Source: Adineta vaga (Eukaryota > Animalia > Rotifera). Taken from it: a DNA stretch of 64,000 bases. The translations under genes and the position numbers were made by a program. The stretch lies in the NCBI GenBank assembly GCA_021613535.1, contig CP075493.1, forward strand, positions 8,680,001 through 8,744,000. Direction: 5' to 3'. The notes beneath the pieces are model-generated. The model saw nothing but the letters and a program-made list of their open reading frames with translations. It searched no databases and was not told the DNA's origin. Positions 37,750-51,886 of the stretch are shown here, piece after piece (the first letter of the stretch is position 1; each line of letters opens with the position of its first letter).

Positions 37750-40700
37750 TTATTTTGTTTTTTGTAATTTTCGATATTCTCCTTCTTGCATTGATAATTC
37801 TGATAGAATATCTTTGACTTTTCGTTTTCGTTGAGTATCTCTAAAGAAAACAACGAAATGATATTCAATGGTGTTTCATCTAAGAAATGAAAGCAAATAT
37901 ACTTTTCCATTTGTTGTCGAAGTTCTTCTCTGGCAATGAAATCATTATCACGTATAAGTTCACGAGTCGTTGATTTAACTTCTCGTTTATATTTTTTCCG
38001 CATACGAAGACGTTCGGTATACTCTTTCGGTAGCCGAGTATTCTTTTTGCCTTCATATCTATGATAGAAACAAATGAAAATAGTTTTCATCAAGAAGAAT
38101 CAATCATTCACATACACAGGTCCAAAACGTGGTTCATATAATCGTATCATTTTCTTCTGTTCTTTGCCTTGTTCAAGATGTTTGCGATTTGTAAGACATA
38201 TTGTTTGATTCGTATCGATGAATGTCAAAATCTCTCGACATTTCTCTGAAATACTTTTACATTTTGATGTTTCAACGAGTGTAACAAGAATTGTTTTAAA
38301 TGGTTGACTGATTTCTATAAAAGCTGATAGTGATTGATAAATATTAAGAAAATCAATTAAGTGTTCGAGACATGTTTGAAGAATAATGATTCTATAATAA
38401 TATTAATAAACGGCTTTTCATATATATATATACATATGTTCGTACTATATTACTTACCGATGTTCTTCACTATCATTATCAAGATCCATAGTATCGAAAA
38501 CAGTTAATTTCATTAATTTTGATCTAGAAAATATGTTTTACATGAATGTACATTTCATTTCGTTCTTTTCACCTACGATTTCATATTTTTATTGATAATA
38601 AGCAATTGATTATTTTCGATCTGTTTTGATGAATAGGATACCAAATATTTCGATGTTTCCATTGGACATGCAAGTTGAATTAATTTCATAAATGATACCA
38701 TCACTTCGGGTACGTAACGATGACTTTTTGATATCCACTATCAATTTAACAAACTCATCATTGGATCAAGAAAATTCAAGTTGTCTTACTTGTTTAATAA
38801 GTTCGATTAATAATAATGCTTGACGACAAGACGCAAGAGAACTTAGTGAAGCCTTTATACAAAGAAAGTTTATATTTATTTCGTGAATTGATGATAAAAC
38901 ATACGTATTGAAGAGCTTGAACAAGTAATGTTATTGCTGGAGTAGTAATTGGATGACGAAAATCTGATGTTGGATATAGATAAGCAATCAATTTCAAAAA
39001 TACAATCTAAATCGAAATAGAAAATTTACTATAAAAACTAAAGATTCAATCAAAAAAATCACATACCAATGAAAGATCAACTTGACAAAATTTCTCATTT
39101 TCAATTTCTTCACTAAGATTATCATGATATTGTTTCAAACGATTCATAATATTCGTTTTTGTTTGATCATTATTCACTAATTGTAATAATTCAAGAAGAT
39201 TTTTACTGATCTTATTATACAGAAGTTGATTTGGCGTGATTGAATTGTAATAATCAAGAAGGACATCGAAATAATTCTAAATTAATAACATTTAATTTTA
39301 CTTTATATCACAATGGTTTTTTTTTCGATTTACACTGAGAACTTTCTTTGGTATTGGTGGTAATCTTTTATCATTAATTCGTTTCCAGACAAGATTTAAT
39401 GTGTTCTTATCTTTACTTATACGATCTTCAAGTATATCGAGAGTTGATGGAACTATGAAGAGATACGAAAAATGATCATTAGAGATGTTCGCTTGTTTTA
39501 GATAGATTCAATATTATTCTAATTAGCTATGAAAAATAAACATACTTTCATCGAATTCTGCTATCAAATCACCATTAGTCTGAAACAGATACGACAAAAC
39601 TTTGATTTTCATATTATGATTTTATTTCTAATACTTACTGTTTCTTCCGTTTCAACATCATTCTCATCTTCTCTGTCTTCGCCATCATCATTTTCTTGAT
39701 CTTCATTATTCATTGTTGCTGAATCGTCTTGATTTTCTACTCCTTCTTCAGTTCCATTTTTTCCACCTTCATCTTCATCGTCGAATGTGACACGTTTTTT
39801 CGATTCATCAAGAATATAATAACTGGAAAAGAAAAAGAACTCGACTTATATTCACTAAGATAATATCTAATTTAATATACCTATCATCTAATTCTTCCAC
39901 AGAAGCATGTGCTTGTGGTCGATTTTTTGATAAGATTGATTTTAATGTTGGCCGTTCCATACGTTCACTTTCTCCAATCTATTCAAAAGTATCAAATTCA
40001 ATATCGTTGATGAAGAAAACGACGATCATAGATTCAAAATCGTTTCTATTTACTTGTAATATTTTCAATCGTTCAGCTGCTTCTTTTTCTCGTTCTTCAA
40101 TACTTTTAATTGGTGCACCCTAAAACAATTCAACAATGTAAATATTCATTAAAATCACATAAACTCACTGTTGTTTTAGCTTCAAATCGAAGTGAATTAA
40201 CCAATTTATCATAATCATCTGATGTTTCTTTTTGATCTTTGACGGCTTTCTCTTTCACACCAATTAGTTTACTTAACGCTTTCCATTGTTCATCAAGTGT
40301 TGTCGTCATATCGAAAACTTTTTCATTTTCACGTTGACGTTCATATTTATCTAATTTTGTACTTTTAATCATATCTTCAATCCATTCTTGTTTGGTTTGT
40401 GGTTTACGTTGTTCATTTGAAGATTTAAAACCACCAAAGAAATGTTCAGAATTCAAACGACCTTTTCCCGGTTCATCATCATCGTAATCATCAATAACAG
40501 GCTTTTGATTCAATTCATCTGATTTCGAAAGTGATTGACCATAATGTGTTAAATCTTCTTCATCATTTAAATTATAACGACTTTCTTTACCAGGACGAGT
40601 TTTCTGAAAAGAAAAAAAAAACAAACATTCGATTTAAAAACAAAATCAGAATTCATAATGAAATAACACAAACTGATCGTTCGGCAATGAGACGTTGCAT

Positions 40701-41072
40701 TAATCTTTCATCAGCTGTTAATGTTGGATCATTTTCACCAATACGATGATCAATAAATGTACTTTTTTTGAATACAGAATTCAATTCTTTTAATAATGTT
40801 CGTTTTCTCTATAAATAGAACGATTAGATAATAAATGATTAATTCAGTTCATTGATAATTATATTTACTTTTTCAATTCCACGTGATCGTGCTTTAAGTG
40901 GTTGACCACCTTTTTCATAATTACGTCTTTTTCCGAGCACATCATGTTTCAAACGATTAACATGAAGATCAAATGGATTCGTTTTATTAACTGTATCAAC
41001 TCGAGTTTTGATATTATGTTTATCGGCAGCAAATGAACGACGTTTTTTCCCTTTCGTTGGTTTCTTTGCCAT
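37750..41072 (-). CDS. NOP14: Nucleolar protein 14 (SSU processome)
   Basis: NPFDLHVNRLKHDVLGK, FIDHRIGEND, LTHYGQSL, HFFGG, YPTSDFRHPITTPA and KKYKREVKSTTRELIRDNDFIA. Ends ...MQEGEYRKLQKTK*. Confidence 0.93.
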
Positions 41073-41408
41073 TTTATTTTTTCTTTTCTAGATGGTTTAA
41101 GTATTACTACGATTACTACTAGAAGAAGAAGAAGAAGAAGATCAATTTGTTATGATATGAACTTCAATGGTAAATTATGGATTAGTCAGTTGTAACCAAT
41201 GAGAAGACGAGTCTAATAACTTCCAGATATGTCACTAGTATCTAATCATTTGCACAAATGATATTTTATCTTTCATTTTTATTTATAAAATAAATCATCT
41301 TCGAATGATTCGACTCTTTTTATATGTATCATTTCGATATGCATCGTTAAGCGCGACTATGCCATGAAGCTTTTTAAGTGATGATTATATTTTCTCTTTA
41401 AAATATGT

Positions 41409-41417
41409 GTATAAATA
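41409..41417 (+). promoter_or_regulatory. TATA box upstream of the small secreted-peptide gene
   Basis: GTATAAATA about 70 nt upstream of the ATG at 41487. Confidence 0.4.
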
Positions 41418-41486
41418 CCTAAACACATCATTAAAAACTACCCACGCGACATTCATTTTTGATTGAATATTCGACGTGAAAGAGAA

Positions 41487-41684
41487 ATGTACAGTAAAAT
41501 CATATTTATAATAATACTTTCTCTCGTTGTTTTTGTTGGAATCACAATGGCGAACAATTTGTTAACAGATCTGAAAAAGCAGACAATTGACTATCGACGC
41601 AAATTTCTACTACATCAGTTCTTCAATTTAATCAATGAAAGAGATGAACGCGAATTGAAATTTTCACCACCACCTTGGCATTAA
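41487..41684 (+). CDS. Small secreted peptide precursor (65 aa), orphan
   Basis: Signal peptide MYSKIIFIIILSLVVFVGITMA, basic sites KK and RRK, C-terminal ...ERDER-ELKFSPPPWH*. TATA upstream and AATAAA directly after the stop. Confidence 0.6.
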   Translation: MYSKIIFIIILSLVVFVGITMANNLLTDLKKQTIDYRRKFLLHQFFNLINERDERELKFSPPPWH

Positions 41685-42656
41685 GAATAAAAAATTGTTA
41701 ATTGTAAGTACTTACAAAATGACACATCTGCTCATTGAACTATTTGTCCTATTTTAGAAATATCATTTTATAACGACAAAGAAATTCTTCAATTAGATCG
41801 AAATTATATTTTCATTAAATTTGTTTTTCAATCATATGAATGATTATATAAAATAAAATCGATTTGTTTTGCAATAATTTCTATAATTATTCATTGATTC
41901 AATCAGCAACAATAACCTAAACAAATTATCTGAAAATATTTTCATGTTCATATATCAAGACATTTGCTTCTAAAAAACGACGTATATATCATATAGATGT
42001 CTTATCTTTCTCTAGTTTGTTTCACTCAGAAGTGATTTTTAGTAATTAGTTTCTTTATATTTTTTGTTCTACGGTGATTAAGTTGAGTATGCATACCTTC
42101 ATTTTCACATGTCAAAAAAGAAAGAATAACATTCATACCATCTTGAGAGTGTAACTATTCATAAAAGTTTTGAACTTTTATTGCCGAGTAAAAGAGTTGA
42201 GATATTTACTATTCAATGTATATAACCACGAGCATATATGAACAAAGTTAAATTTCACGTCACGAATATTTGACTCTATTGGTCTCATCTTGTTCAATGC
42301 TACATGTAAAGATTGCATTTATACTTGGAACTATTTGTGATTCTCTATAGAAGAAAGATAAAATCTCTCTTCACAACCAATTGTAATAGATGAGAATATA
42401 TGAATTAACATCTGTCAAAGCTATATCTTCTAACCAGTTTCTTAGTCCAAAACTATCTTATTAAGCTATCAACACTTGATTTATCATAACTGTTTATAAT
42501 TCTTTCGGCTGAAACAGACAATCTATGACAGACTAATAATATCAAGTTAGAAAGGGTTTTATTCATCAAAAAGCAAAGGAAATCATTTTTATGTAATCTT
42601 TACACTAGAAAATAAATTCAATTGTTCACAATATGAAAAAAGAAAATCAGTTGTAT

Positions 42657-43065
42657 TTAACGACCCATACCGCTGCCAATTTCATAATTCTTAAAAGCAT
42701 CCCATGTTTTGATATCGGGGCCTAGTTAACAAAAGGCAAAAAAGAAAATAGAACATAGAATCGATTCAACTTACAATAACGTTTTCCAGTTAATTTATTA
42801 ATACTTGGTTCACAACGTTCTTCATATTTTTCCGATGCTTCGCGCTTTTGTTCTTCACATTTTGTTTTTCCAGGATGAAATATTGTTCTTTTTAAGAATT
42901 CAACTGCTTCTTCTCGATCTAAATTATAGAATTATTATTTAACAAAAAAACAAACAAACATCTCAAAACACAATCATTACCAACATCAAAATCACGATCA
43001 GGTCTTGCTTTTGTCATTAAACATAGAACTGCTATTATAGCAAATAGAAAGATGATTTGTTTCAT
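42657..43065 (-). CDS. Small secreted pre-pro-protein (3 exons), Glu-rich; absent from the ORF track
   Basis: Exons 42981-43065, 42775-42918 and 42657-42721 join in phase to give MKQIIFLFAIIAVLCLMTKARPDRDFDVDREEAVEFLKRTIFHPGKTKCEEQKREASEKYEERCEPSINKLTGKRYCPDIKTWDAFKNYEIGSGMGR*. Confidence 0.8.
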
Positions 43066-43385
43066 TGTTATTCTTTCAATTCAGAACTTTCTTGTATATG
43101 TATTGTAAGTAAACGATGATATGATATTTTATCTTCCGTTTTCTATGATGTATAGATTTCTTTTCTTTCATTCTCTTTTATGTGTAGGAGAAGTCGATGA
43201 ATGATGACAGTATTCATTTAGACTAAAGGGTTCGAATGTATATCGTCAGGGAAATTTATAGTTTCAACGTCATCAAATGGTTCGTTACGTGGATAATATG
43301 TGTTGAAAGAAGAAAGTTGTGATGGATGTGATAGACATGGAGAGAAATATTATTTCGATATTCTACTAAATAAAACAACTGTTCT

Positions 43386-44533
43386 TTATTTTAAATCTTG
43401 ATCGGAAATTTTAAAAAAACGTTTAGCATTCGTGCTTAACAATTTTTCACATAAATCGACATTTTTATCAAAAGTTTTGATAATTAATTCACCAGGTTTA
43501 TCTTCACCGAGAGGAAACGGACAATCAGATCCAAGCATTACACAATTTTCATTCATGACTTCAACCAGATATTTTAATGCATGAGAATCATGAACAAGTG
43601 AATCAACAGAAAATCGACCAATATAAGATGAAGGTGGCTGAGAATTTTTATAAGCGCAAAGATCAGGTCGACATTCATGACCATGATCAATACGACCAAC
43701 CGTAAATGGAAAAGAACCACCACCTAATAATAACAAAAAGAAACTATTTCAAATAGAAATCTTAATCTTCTTTCGAAACATACCATGTGCAAAAGCTAAT
43801 CGAAGTTTGGGATATTTTTCTAAGACACCACCCATTAAAATCGAACATATTGCTGATGCTGTTTCAAAAGGCATCCTATATATATATTTTAACGAAAGGG
43901 TTTTCATTATTGTTAACAATAAAACTGCATTTCTTACCCGCATAACCATGGCATCCAATAAGCTTCATAACGTTTTCCAATTGGCATATCCCATGGATGA
44001 ATAAATATACATGCATCTAATTTTTCGACTTCGCACCAAAATTGGTCGAGTTCTTCATGATCTAAATTCCAATCATTAACATGTGTACCTATTTGTACAC
44101 CCTTTAAACCTAATTCATTCACACATCGTCGCAATTCTTCGATAGCTAATATCGGTGCTTGCAATGGCACTGTCCCAAGACCAAGAAAACGTGTCGGATA
44201 TTGTCGACAAATCGATGCAATATGGTCATTCAATTCACGAGAAAGTTCGAGAACATTTTCGGCATTTTCACATGCATAATTGAATAGCACCGGTATGGTA
44301 GATAACACTTGCATGGTAATATTCTTCTCATCCATTTCACGAAGACGAACATCAATATCGAAACAATTCGGTTCAATCGTACGAAAAAATTGTCCATCTT
44401 TATACATATCTAATCGTGGATCGCCATCCGCGTGTTTTCGTAATTCTAAAAATTTCCGAGCATTTGCACTTAATTCACGTGGTAATATGTGGGTGTGTAT
44501 GTCAAGGCGTGTTAACGAAGAGGTTACATCCAT
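43386..44533 (-). CDS. ACMSD: 2-amino-3-carboxymuconate-6-semialdehyde decarboxylase
   Basis: DIHTHILP, GVQIGTH, FIHPWDM, PWLCG|MPFETASAICS, FAHG|GGSFPFTVGRIDHG and LGSDCPFPLGE. Confidence 0.95.
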
Positions 44534-44886
44534 ACTAGAAAAGAAAAAGAATGAATATATCGTGTTCTAATGATAAAATAAAGCGGAGATAATAACACGA
44601 TACGAAGAACGTGTATCGAAAGAAAAGTAATGAAGAAAAATGGGATGTATGTAGCATTTTTAAACGACATATTTTGATGATTAATTTCAGTGGATAGAAA
44701 AATCATGTAATAGATGCATCGCTGACGATTTATGTATTGTTTCAACATCTATTATTGGTAAATTTATGGAATATAGGAAAACGATCTTTTCATTTTGTAT
44801 TTATATAACAGAAAAGCATAATTATGTGTTTCTCTCTCGAATATGCAAATGGAAAAACAACAAACAAATAACGAAGTTCAATGAAA

Positions 44887-45919
44887 CTAAGGTTCGTCAG
44901 ACGGTGGTGGTGGTGGTGGCGGCGGAGGTTGCATACGACTAAGTAGTTGCAAGTTATAATAATCAGATGATGTCCATGATGATGGAAGATTTCTATTCGA
45001 TCCTGACATAGTATTTGAATTCATCGAAGGATAAGAATATGAATAGGTATAAGGTGGTGCTTGATATTGTGTGGGATTCTGTACTATCTGATCGTTATTC
45101 TGATATGGAGATTGTTGATATTTAGGCCAAAAACCACTATGTTCTTGTTGAGCATGACTCATTTTTACCATCTGAAAGAAAATACAAAATAAGAATGTAA
45201 TTTATCAAGAATACAAATGAATTCACCATATCATATTGATTTTGCATTGTGGTATAATATTGTTCATATGGATTGGTATATGATGGTTGATTATCATATA
45301 TAGGTCCATATGGTCCATAATGATATGACATTTGTGCTTTTCTCTCTTCTTCTTCACGTTTACGTTTTAAATCATCCCATCGTATACGTTTCGCAAGTAA
45401 ACTACCAACAGGTTTTCGTTTAGCATGCCGTAGAGCAATTTGCTCGGGCGTTTCATCGGTATAAATCGGACAGAATTCTTGTCGCCGTTCATTTCGTAAT
45501 GTATCGGCAACTTCATTAAATGATGTGGCAAGTGCACCAGGAAAAAGTAATTTCTTTGCAGTTGCTAACTTTCTCTTTTGTTCATCTTCATCATCAGAAT
45601 GTGAATCTGTGGAAACTTGTTTAAGTAATTGTTGTATAGGATTTAACTGTGTCGATGGTTCCGAGAATTTTTTCTCTGAAGATGAAAAACTACAAAAGAT
45701 CGCATTCTTTTCATTAAATGTCATATCTTGATAATGTACAGGAGCTGATGCTTTTGAGATTGGAAAATTAGATTTTGGAGCGTCGGATGAAGATGTAGAA
45801 TCGTCATCATCTTGTTTTCGTCGTTTTGATAACAATTTTGATTGATCAACAACTGGTGCTTGCCTATCGGTTGCCGATTCTGATAGATTATTCATAGGTA
45901 TTTTCGATTTTCCATCCAT
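44887..45919 (-). CDS. Uncharacterised low-complexity, probably nuclear protein (2 exons)
   Basis: Long open exon with NLS-like KRRK, KRIRWDDLKRKREEEERK and a Y/Q/P-rich tail. Phase-0 intron at about 45172-45227. Confidence 0.65.
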
Positions 45920-46596
45920 GCTTCTTATCTATCTAGAAGATATATTGAAAAGAAAACAGATTCTGCACTGTTGATGATTTATTTTTAAATGCATAAGAAA
46001 CTAATGATTTGATTTGAGTGCACGTACTATCAAGTAAAAGTTTCGAACAGTCTACATTTTATTTTTCATTTCATGCTCGAATAACAAAAACACAATATAC
46101 ATTATTTTTCGATCGATATCAATATATGTGAAATTATATTTGACTAATGAAGTAAAACCTCATACAAACGAAGTGACGATGTCAAACAACGATAATTTCA
46201 AGTAGTAGACAACATTATTGATGAATATTTGATAAATATTAGTATTCATTTCATCGACAATCTACAATAAAAATTCTTCTTTAGTTTATTAAGTTAAAAT
46301 ATATTTGCATCATTTTACAAATATAATGAAGCAATACAGATTTCCTATGATTTGTTTTCTCGAATCATATGAACCATCGCGATATTCTTTTGCCATCGAG
46401 ATATAGAATATTGGCACATTACGGACGAAAATAGATAAGAAAAAGTAAACAAGAAAAAACAGAATTTTTAACGCAGGGATTGTGATCATTCGCCGAGGAA
46501 AGCTTTGTACAATACTGATCAATGAAAAAGACTTAAGCAAAACAAAAACCCACAGATATAGAAATATATAGCGGGAAGAAAGAGAGTAGGACAATC

Positions 46597-49500
46597 TTAT
46601 TTAAGACGTTGAGTTATATTTGCCAGAGCCACAGCAAAAGCTTGTAAAGGTGAAAATGGCCATTCGAAATCCAATGTATAACAATTATTTTCAATTCGAC
46701 CAAATTGAATAACCTGAAAGAAAAAAAAAAAGATGTGTACATCTCTCGTTGATATTATTTTTTGTTATTGAAATCAAGAAAAATACCTGTTTGCCTTTGA
46801 ATTCAATTTGAAAATTTTTAGCCGATTCAAGTGTAACACGACCGCCAAAATCTAATTGATATACCTGAGACTGTTCATTCCATAGGCTAAAAGAATTGAT
46901 AATCATAGATAAATATTCATTTTCTTTTGATTGTCAATCTTACGGTGGTCGATTTTGCATTACATAAAATGATGTGTCATTTTGATTGGATGTGGCATCA
47001 ATATCAGATGCTGGTGAAAGTTTCATCATTGAATCGTTCATTCCACTAGTACATGTCATCATACGATGTCGCGGACTTGTATATTTCTAAAAATAGATTA
47101 GAAAATATCATTCATCTTCGCAACAAACTTCTTAGGATTGATTCAATAGCTTACTTTTCGAGATGTATTCGTGATAGGTGTGTTATCTTTTAGTGATGTT
47201 TCTTCATATGAACTAAGAGTTTCAACCTCATCGCCATCATCGTCGTCGTCAGTATGAATAGATTTATCATCTTTTAATGTTTTTTCTGTTATAGATGAGG
47301 TAGGAAGATAATCATCGGTAGTAATTGAATTATTTAATAATATTTGTTGTTGGGGCGATGGTTGTGAACGACGTGAAAGTTTTGTCGTTTGATTTAAAGT
47401 TGGATCACTGAAACTCAATTTTTTCTGCTGATTACTATTCAATGGATATAAATTACGATATGTTTCCGGTTCGAAACAATTCTCTGGAACATTTGAAATT
47501 GTACTCATTAATGTTTGATTATTTGCTTTTTCACGAGTATGAGAACCGGATGAATTATCAATGATTAATGTTGTTCTTACACTAGCTGTTGATGCATCGA
47601 TATTATTTGTAATCGATGGTACAATGACAGGTGGTGAACAATGACGATGTTGGGTTTGATAATTCGTCATTGTGATTGAAGATGCACGAGTAAATCTCGG
47701 CGATAATGGTTCTTTGACTTGAATGCATGGTGGAGAAATAGGACGGATGAAATTTGCAATGGAAGTTGCTGGAGAAGTTGAGCGACTTAGATTCATCGGT
47801 GATGTAGATGACGAATCGACATTGGATGAATCCATATGTGTTTGTTGATAATGATGGATAACTGTTGTTGTAGCAATGGATGTTCGTTGTGAACGACGAG
47901 ATGAACAAGGAGATATTGATGATTGTTGATTATTCGAGGAAGCATTCGGAAGTTTCGTTGTAGATGTTCTGATGTTTCCTTTAGTATTGATGTTTATCGA
48001 GTGAGATCGTTTTGTTGGATATCGTGTAGAATTTCTTTGTTTTCTATTTTTAATGTTCTGTGACGTTTGTTGCTTTTGTTTTCGAACATTACAATTATTT
48101 GCAACGGTTACAGTCATTTGACGTGGTTGTAAATGTAAGAACGACGTTTTATATGTCACACTACCTAGCACATCAGGTAGATGAGTTGAATGACCATAGA
48201 ATTTAAATCGTGTTCCCCAAATATTAGCCGCTATAGTACATAATTTATTTGCCTAGACAACAAAAATACATATTTGTTAGACATTTGAAATTCTTTGATT
48301 ACTTTATTAGTTAGTCTCTTTCTTGTTTGTTTTTCTTGTAAATCACTAAGATTTTCTTCGTCATCTCTATCTGAATTATTATCCGAACTACAATCGGAAC
48401 TATTCTTTGCTGTTTTTAAATGCTCATTGCCATTATTGATACCAGTCTCAGCGACATAAATCGAATTTCGATTACTAATTAAACTCGAACGATTTGTATT
48501 ATAAACAGATTTCGATTGTTGAACATTCGAAATATTATGAAATGTATTTGGATGTGATTTGGACGATGATAGATTTCTTTTTCGTAATGAATTCGATGAA
48601 TTTAATTTAAGTGATGATGATGAAAATAAACTCGAATTCGTTTTGATTTTTGGATCGTAAATAATAAAATCTGGACAAATTTTTGATGTACGTCTAGCTG
48701 TTAATAATGGAATAAGTCCACCAAGATATTCTAAATATAGAACATAAATTGCACCAGATAAATTATTTCCTGCGACTGTTGCTGTTGGTAGATTATCTCG
48801 TTCATTATCAATACGTTTCATTGTACATTGTAAACGTAGATGAGATTTTAATGGATTACAAACAAATGTATGTAAATGTTTTTGATCAGGTAGAAAACCT
48901 TTTATGGTAGAACGATAATAATTTAGAAGATTTTCTTTTAAATTATTTGGTAAATGAAGTTTATCGAGATTTTGTAATGAATTATTTAATAGTTGTTGTT
49001 TGATTTTCATCTGACATAATGTTAGCATGGACGGTAAAGGTTTATGGATGATCCAGATCGTATAAACAAAACATCCACAAGCAACAAATACGATTTCTAG
49101 ATACAAGGGAAAAGAAGAAAAAAAACAACAACAATAAATATAAATGAAAAATTATTGATGAGATTTTTCGTTTACCATTGCCATGTGCCCAACACAATGC
49201 TGATAACGATTGAGTCTAATAACAAAAAGATAATAGTAAGAATGACATATGATTGTCTGATAAGCAATTGAATAGTAAATCTATCGGATCATATGCTAAT
49301 AAAAGTATTTATCAATATCAACAAACTTCCTTGTTATGAAATCTAATATTCATTAGTTATTCGACCTTCATAGAAAGCATCGTATTCAATCAATTAGTTG
49401 TTTTTCAAAAACAATTATTTCATATAAAGTATTAGAATTAATCATAGAAAACTAATAGATTTCCTTGAAACCTTTCACAAATAAAAAGTTTTCTGATTAT

Positions 49501-50769
49501 TATTCGATATCTGTATGGGTTTTGTATGTTTTTTTTCATCAGAAGCTGAAAACATCTCTTTAGTGAACACCTACATATACAAAAGCAGCTGGGAACATAT
49601 TGTCGATCTTCTGTTCTGATAATTTTTTCTCGGTGAATCTTTAGATTTCTTTCTTACCGTTTGTGGAATCTGTATACGATGTAAGAATTCTCCACGACGA
49701 GTATAAAAGATAATTTCATTTATATAAGTCATATCATTTAAACATCGATGACCTCCAACAGCAAGAATTTCTCCCAAAGATGACCAATCCATTTTAATAT
49801 CTAGATAGAAATTTTCTTAAAAATCATATCGTTCGATTTACTATTAAATTTACTTTGAAGATTTGTATCAACAATGATTGGCGATTGATCAAGGTAATGA
49901 GTTAAGAAAAGAACTTGACCATTGTCAAGACTACATGCAAGAATATAATCTTCATTAACAAATTTCGTTGCATCTAAATTGATTAACAAGAACATCAATA
50001 GAGAAGATTGATATTTTCATATCAAACTTACTATTATCTGGTGCTTCAGAATAGAATTTATTACATGAATAAATCAATTGTTTTATAATCTGTGATGTTA
50101 AAGAAAAAACTTCTGTCGTATTTCCATGATGATCCATGACGATCAATTGTCCGCCTGTTGTTCCAAGGATAACACTAAAAATCGAAAATATATCATTTGT
50201 ATTTCATCGAAAAATCTTATTTACTGTGAAACATCAGGCATCCATGTCACAGCGGAAATTTTTGCTTGCGGAATATTTAAAACCGTTGACCAATAACGTT
50301 GTCCAGTTACAGATCCAGCAAGAATAAAATCATCTTCATAACAAATCACCGTCATTCGTCCATCATGTGACCATGCCATATCCGTAACTGGATGACTTCG
50401 ATCATTAATTAATTCTAATGACCAACGATTATCATGTTTGACCCAAACAAAAATAACTCCTTTTTCATCGACTGTTGCAAGTTTTTCATAGGGAACATTC
50501 CATGATACAAATCGAACTTCTGTACGATGTGCACGTAAATTAAAATTTGTTCGATCGGGTATAATTAAATTTTCTTCGGATTTTATTGATGTATATGTAA
50601 CACTAACAATATGATTTGCATTACCGGTTGCTAGCCAACCATCACGAGAATTTTCTGATCGATCAGTAGGTAATAATGAAGGTGATGTTGAATTGAAATT
50701 CATCCATGATAATGATTGAATATTCGAATCTGTTCGTGCTATATTCGATAATTCGATATATGCATACAT
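46597..50769 (-). CDS. TULP4: Tubby-related protein 4 (WD40-SOCS-Tubby)
   Basis: GWLATGN...RTNFNLRAH, WSLELINDR, GSVTGQRYWS and LYLEYLGGLIPLL. C-terminal LWNEQSQVYQLDFGGRVTLESAKNFQIE...QAFAVALANITQRLK*. Confidence 0.94.
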
Positions 50770-51886
50770 GATTTTTGTTCGTTCATCTACGACATTTTAT
50801 TTCGTCTTTCTCTATTTCTTGCTCTATTTTCTGTCGAAAGAATATCTGAAGGAAGAACCAAATGAAATAATTATCGGGCGTTTCTTTTTTGTTTTGCTTA
50901 TTATTATGTCGGACCACTTTGCTTTGATTAATCTGAATGTCAATGGTGTATCGATGTGTAGGTTTATTGAGAACAGAACGAAAGATAAGAAGGAAAAAGA
51001 AAGAAAAGAAAAGTTCTATTTCTAGCAATAGTTTAACTGACAGTTACTGTCGACGATCTATTTCGATTTGAAAGAATATCTTATCATGATATACATGGAT
51101 TAGAGATAGAGGAGAGTATGTTGTATAGACTGCCAAAAATAACAACAACATTACTGATAATCAGAACACGATGATGATGATGATGATGACGCCGACGGCG
51201 ACATTGGGCCTACTGTTTATCCAACGGATTTTCATGTATGCCTATAGCCTTGTTCTATTCTATTCTATGTGTATGTGTCTCTCTGTCTCGTTTCTAGCCT
51301 TCGGAAACTCTTGTAAAGAAAAATAAAAATGTAGAGAACGAATAACGTACTATTATAAAGTAATAGAACTGCTGAGAGGAAGAGACATAGAGAGAAGAAA
51401 AACGTTTTTATATACTTTCCAGAACAGATTTATACATAATTATGTTCGAGGAAATGTATCAACAAAGTAAACTGATGATCGTGGAAATAATAAACTAAAA
51501 AACTTCTAAATTTTCAATCAAATTTTCAGTTGAATACTGATGAGTCGCAAATAATTGGCTAGTAAAAGATAAACATCATCATTATTAATAAAAAAAAAAG
51601 AACAAGAAAGAAAGAAAAAAAAATAGACAGAAACTTTCATTCGTATGCATTGGTTTTTTAACAGCGAATCGCTCAGAAATAAAAGAAAAATAATTAACGA
51701 CATCTGTTGATACAGAGAACAATTTGTTCTGTATGTAAGATGTGATTGATATAATTGAGTTTCAACGATCTGTGTAAACTTCGCTCAGCACTTTTCTTTC
51801 CATAAGTATTGAGATTAAAATAGATTTATTTTTAAATAAAACAAAAAAAAACAGAAAACTTTATGTATTTTTTTTCTCCATGTCAT

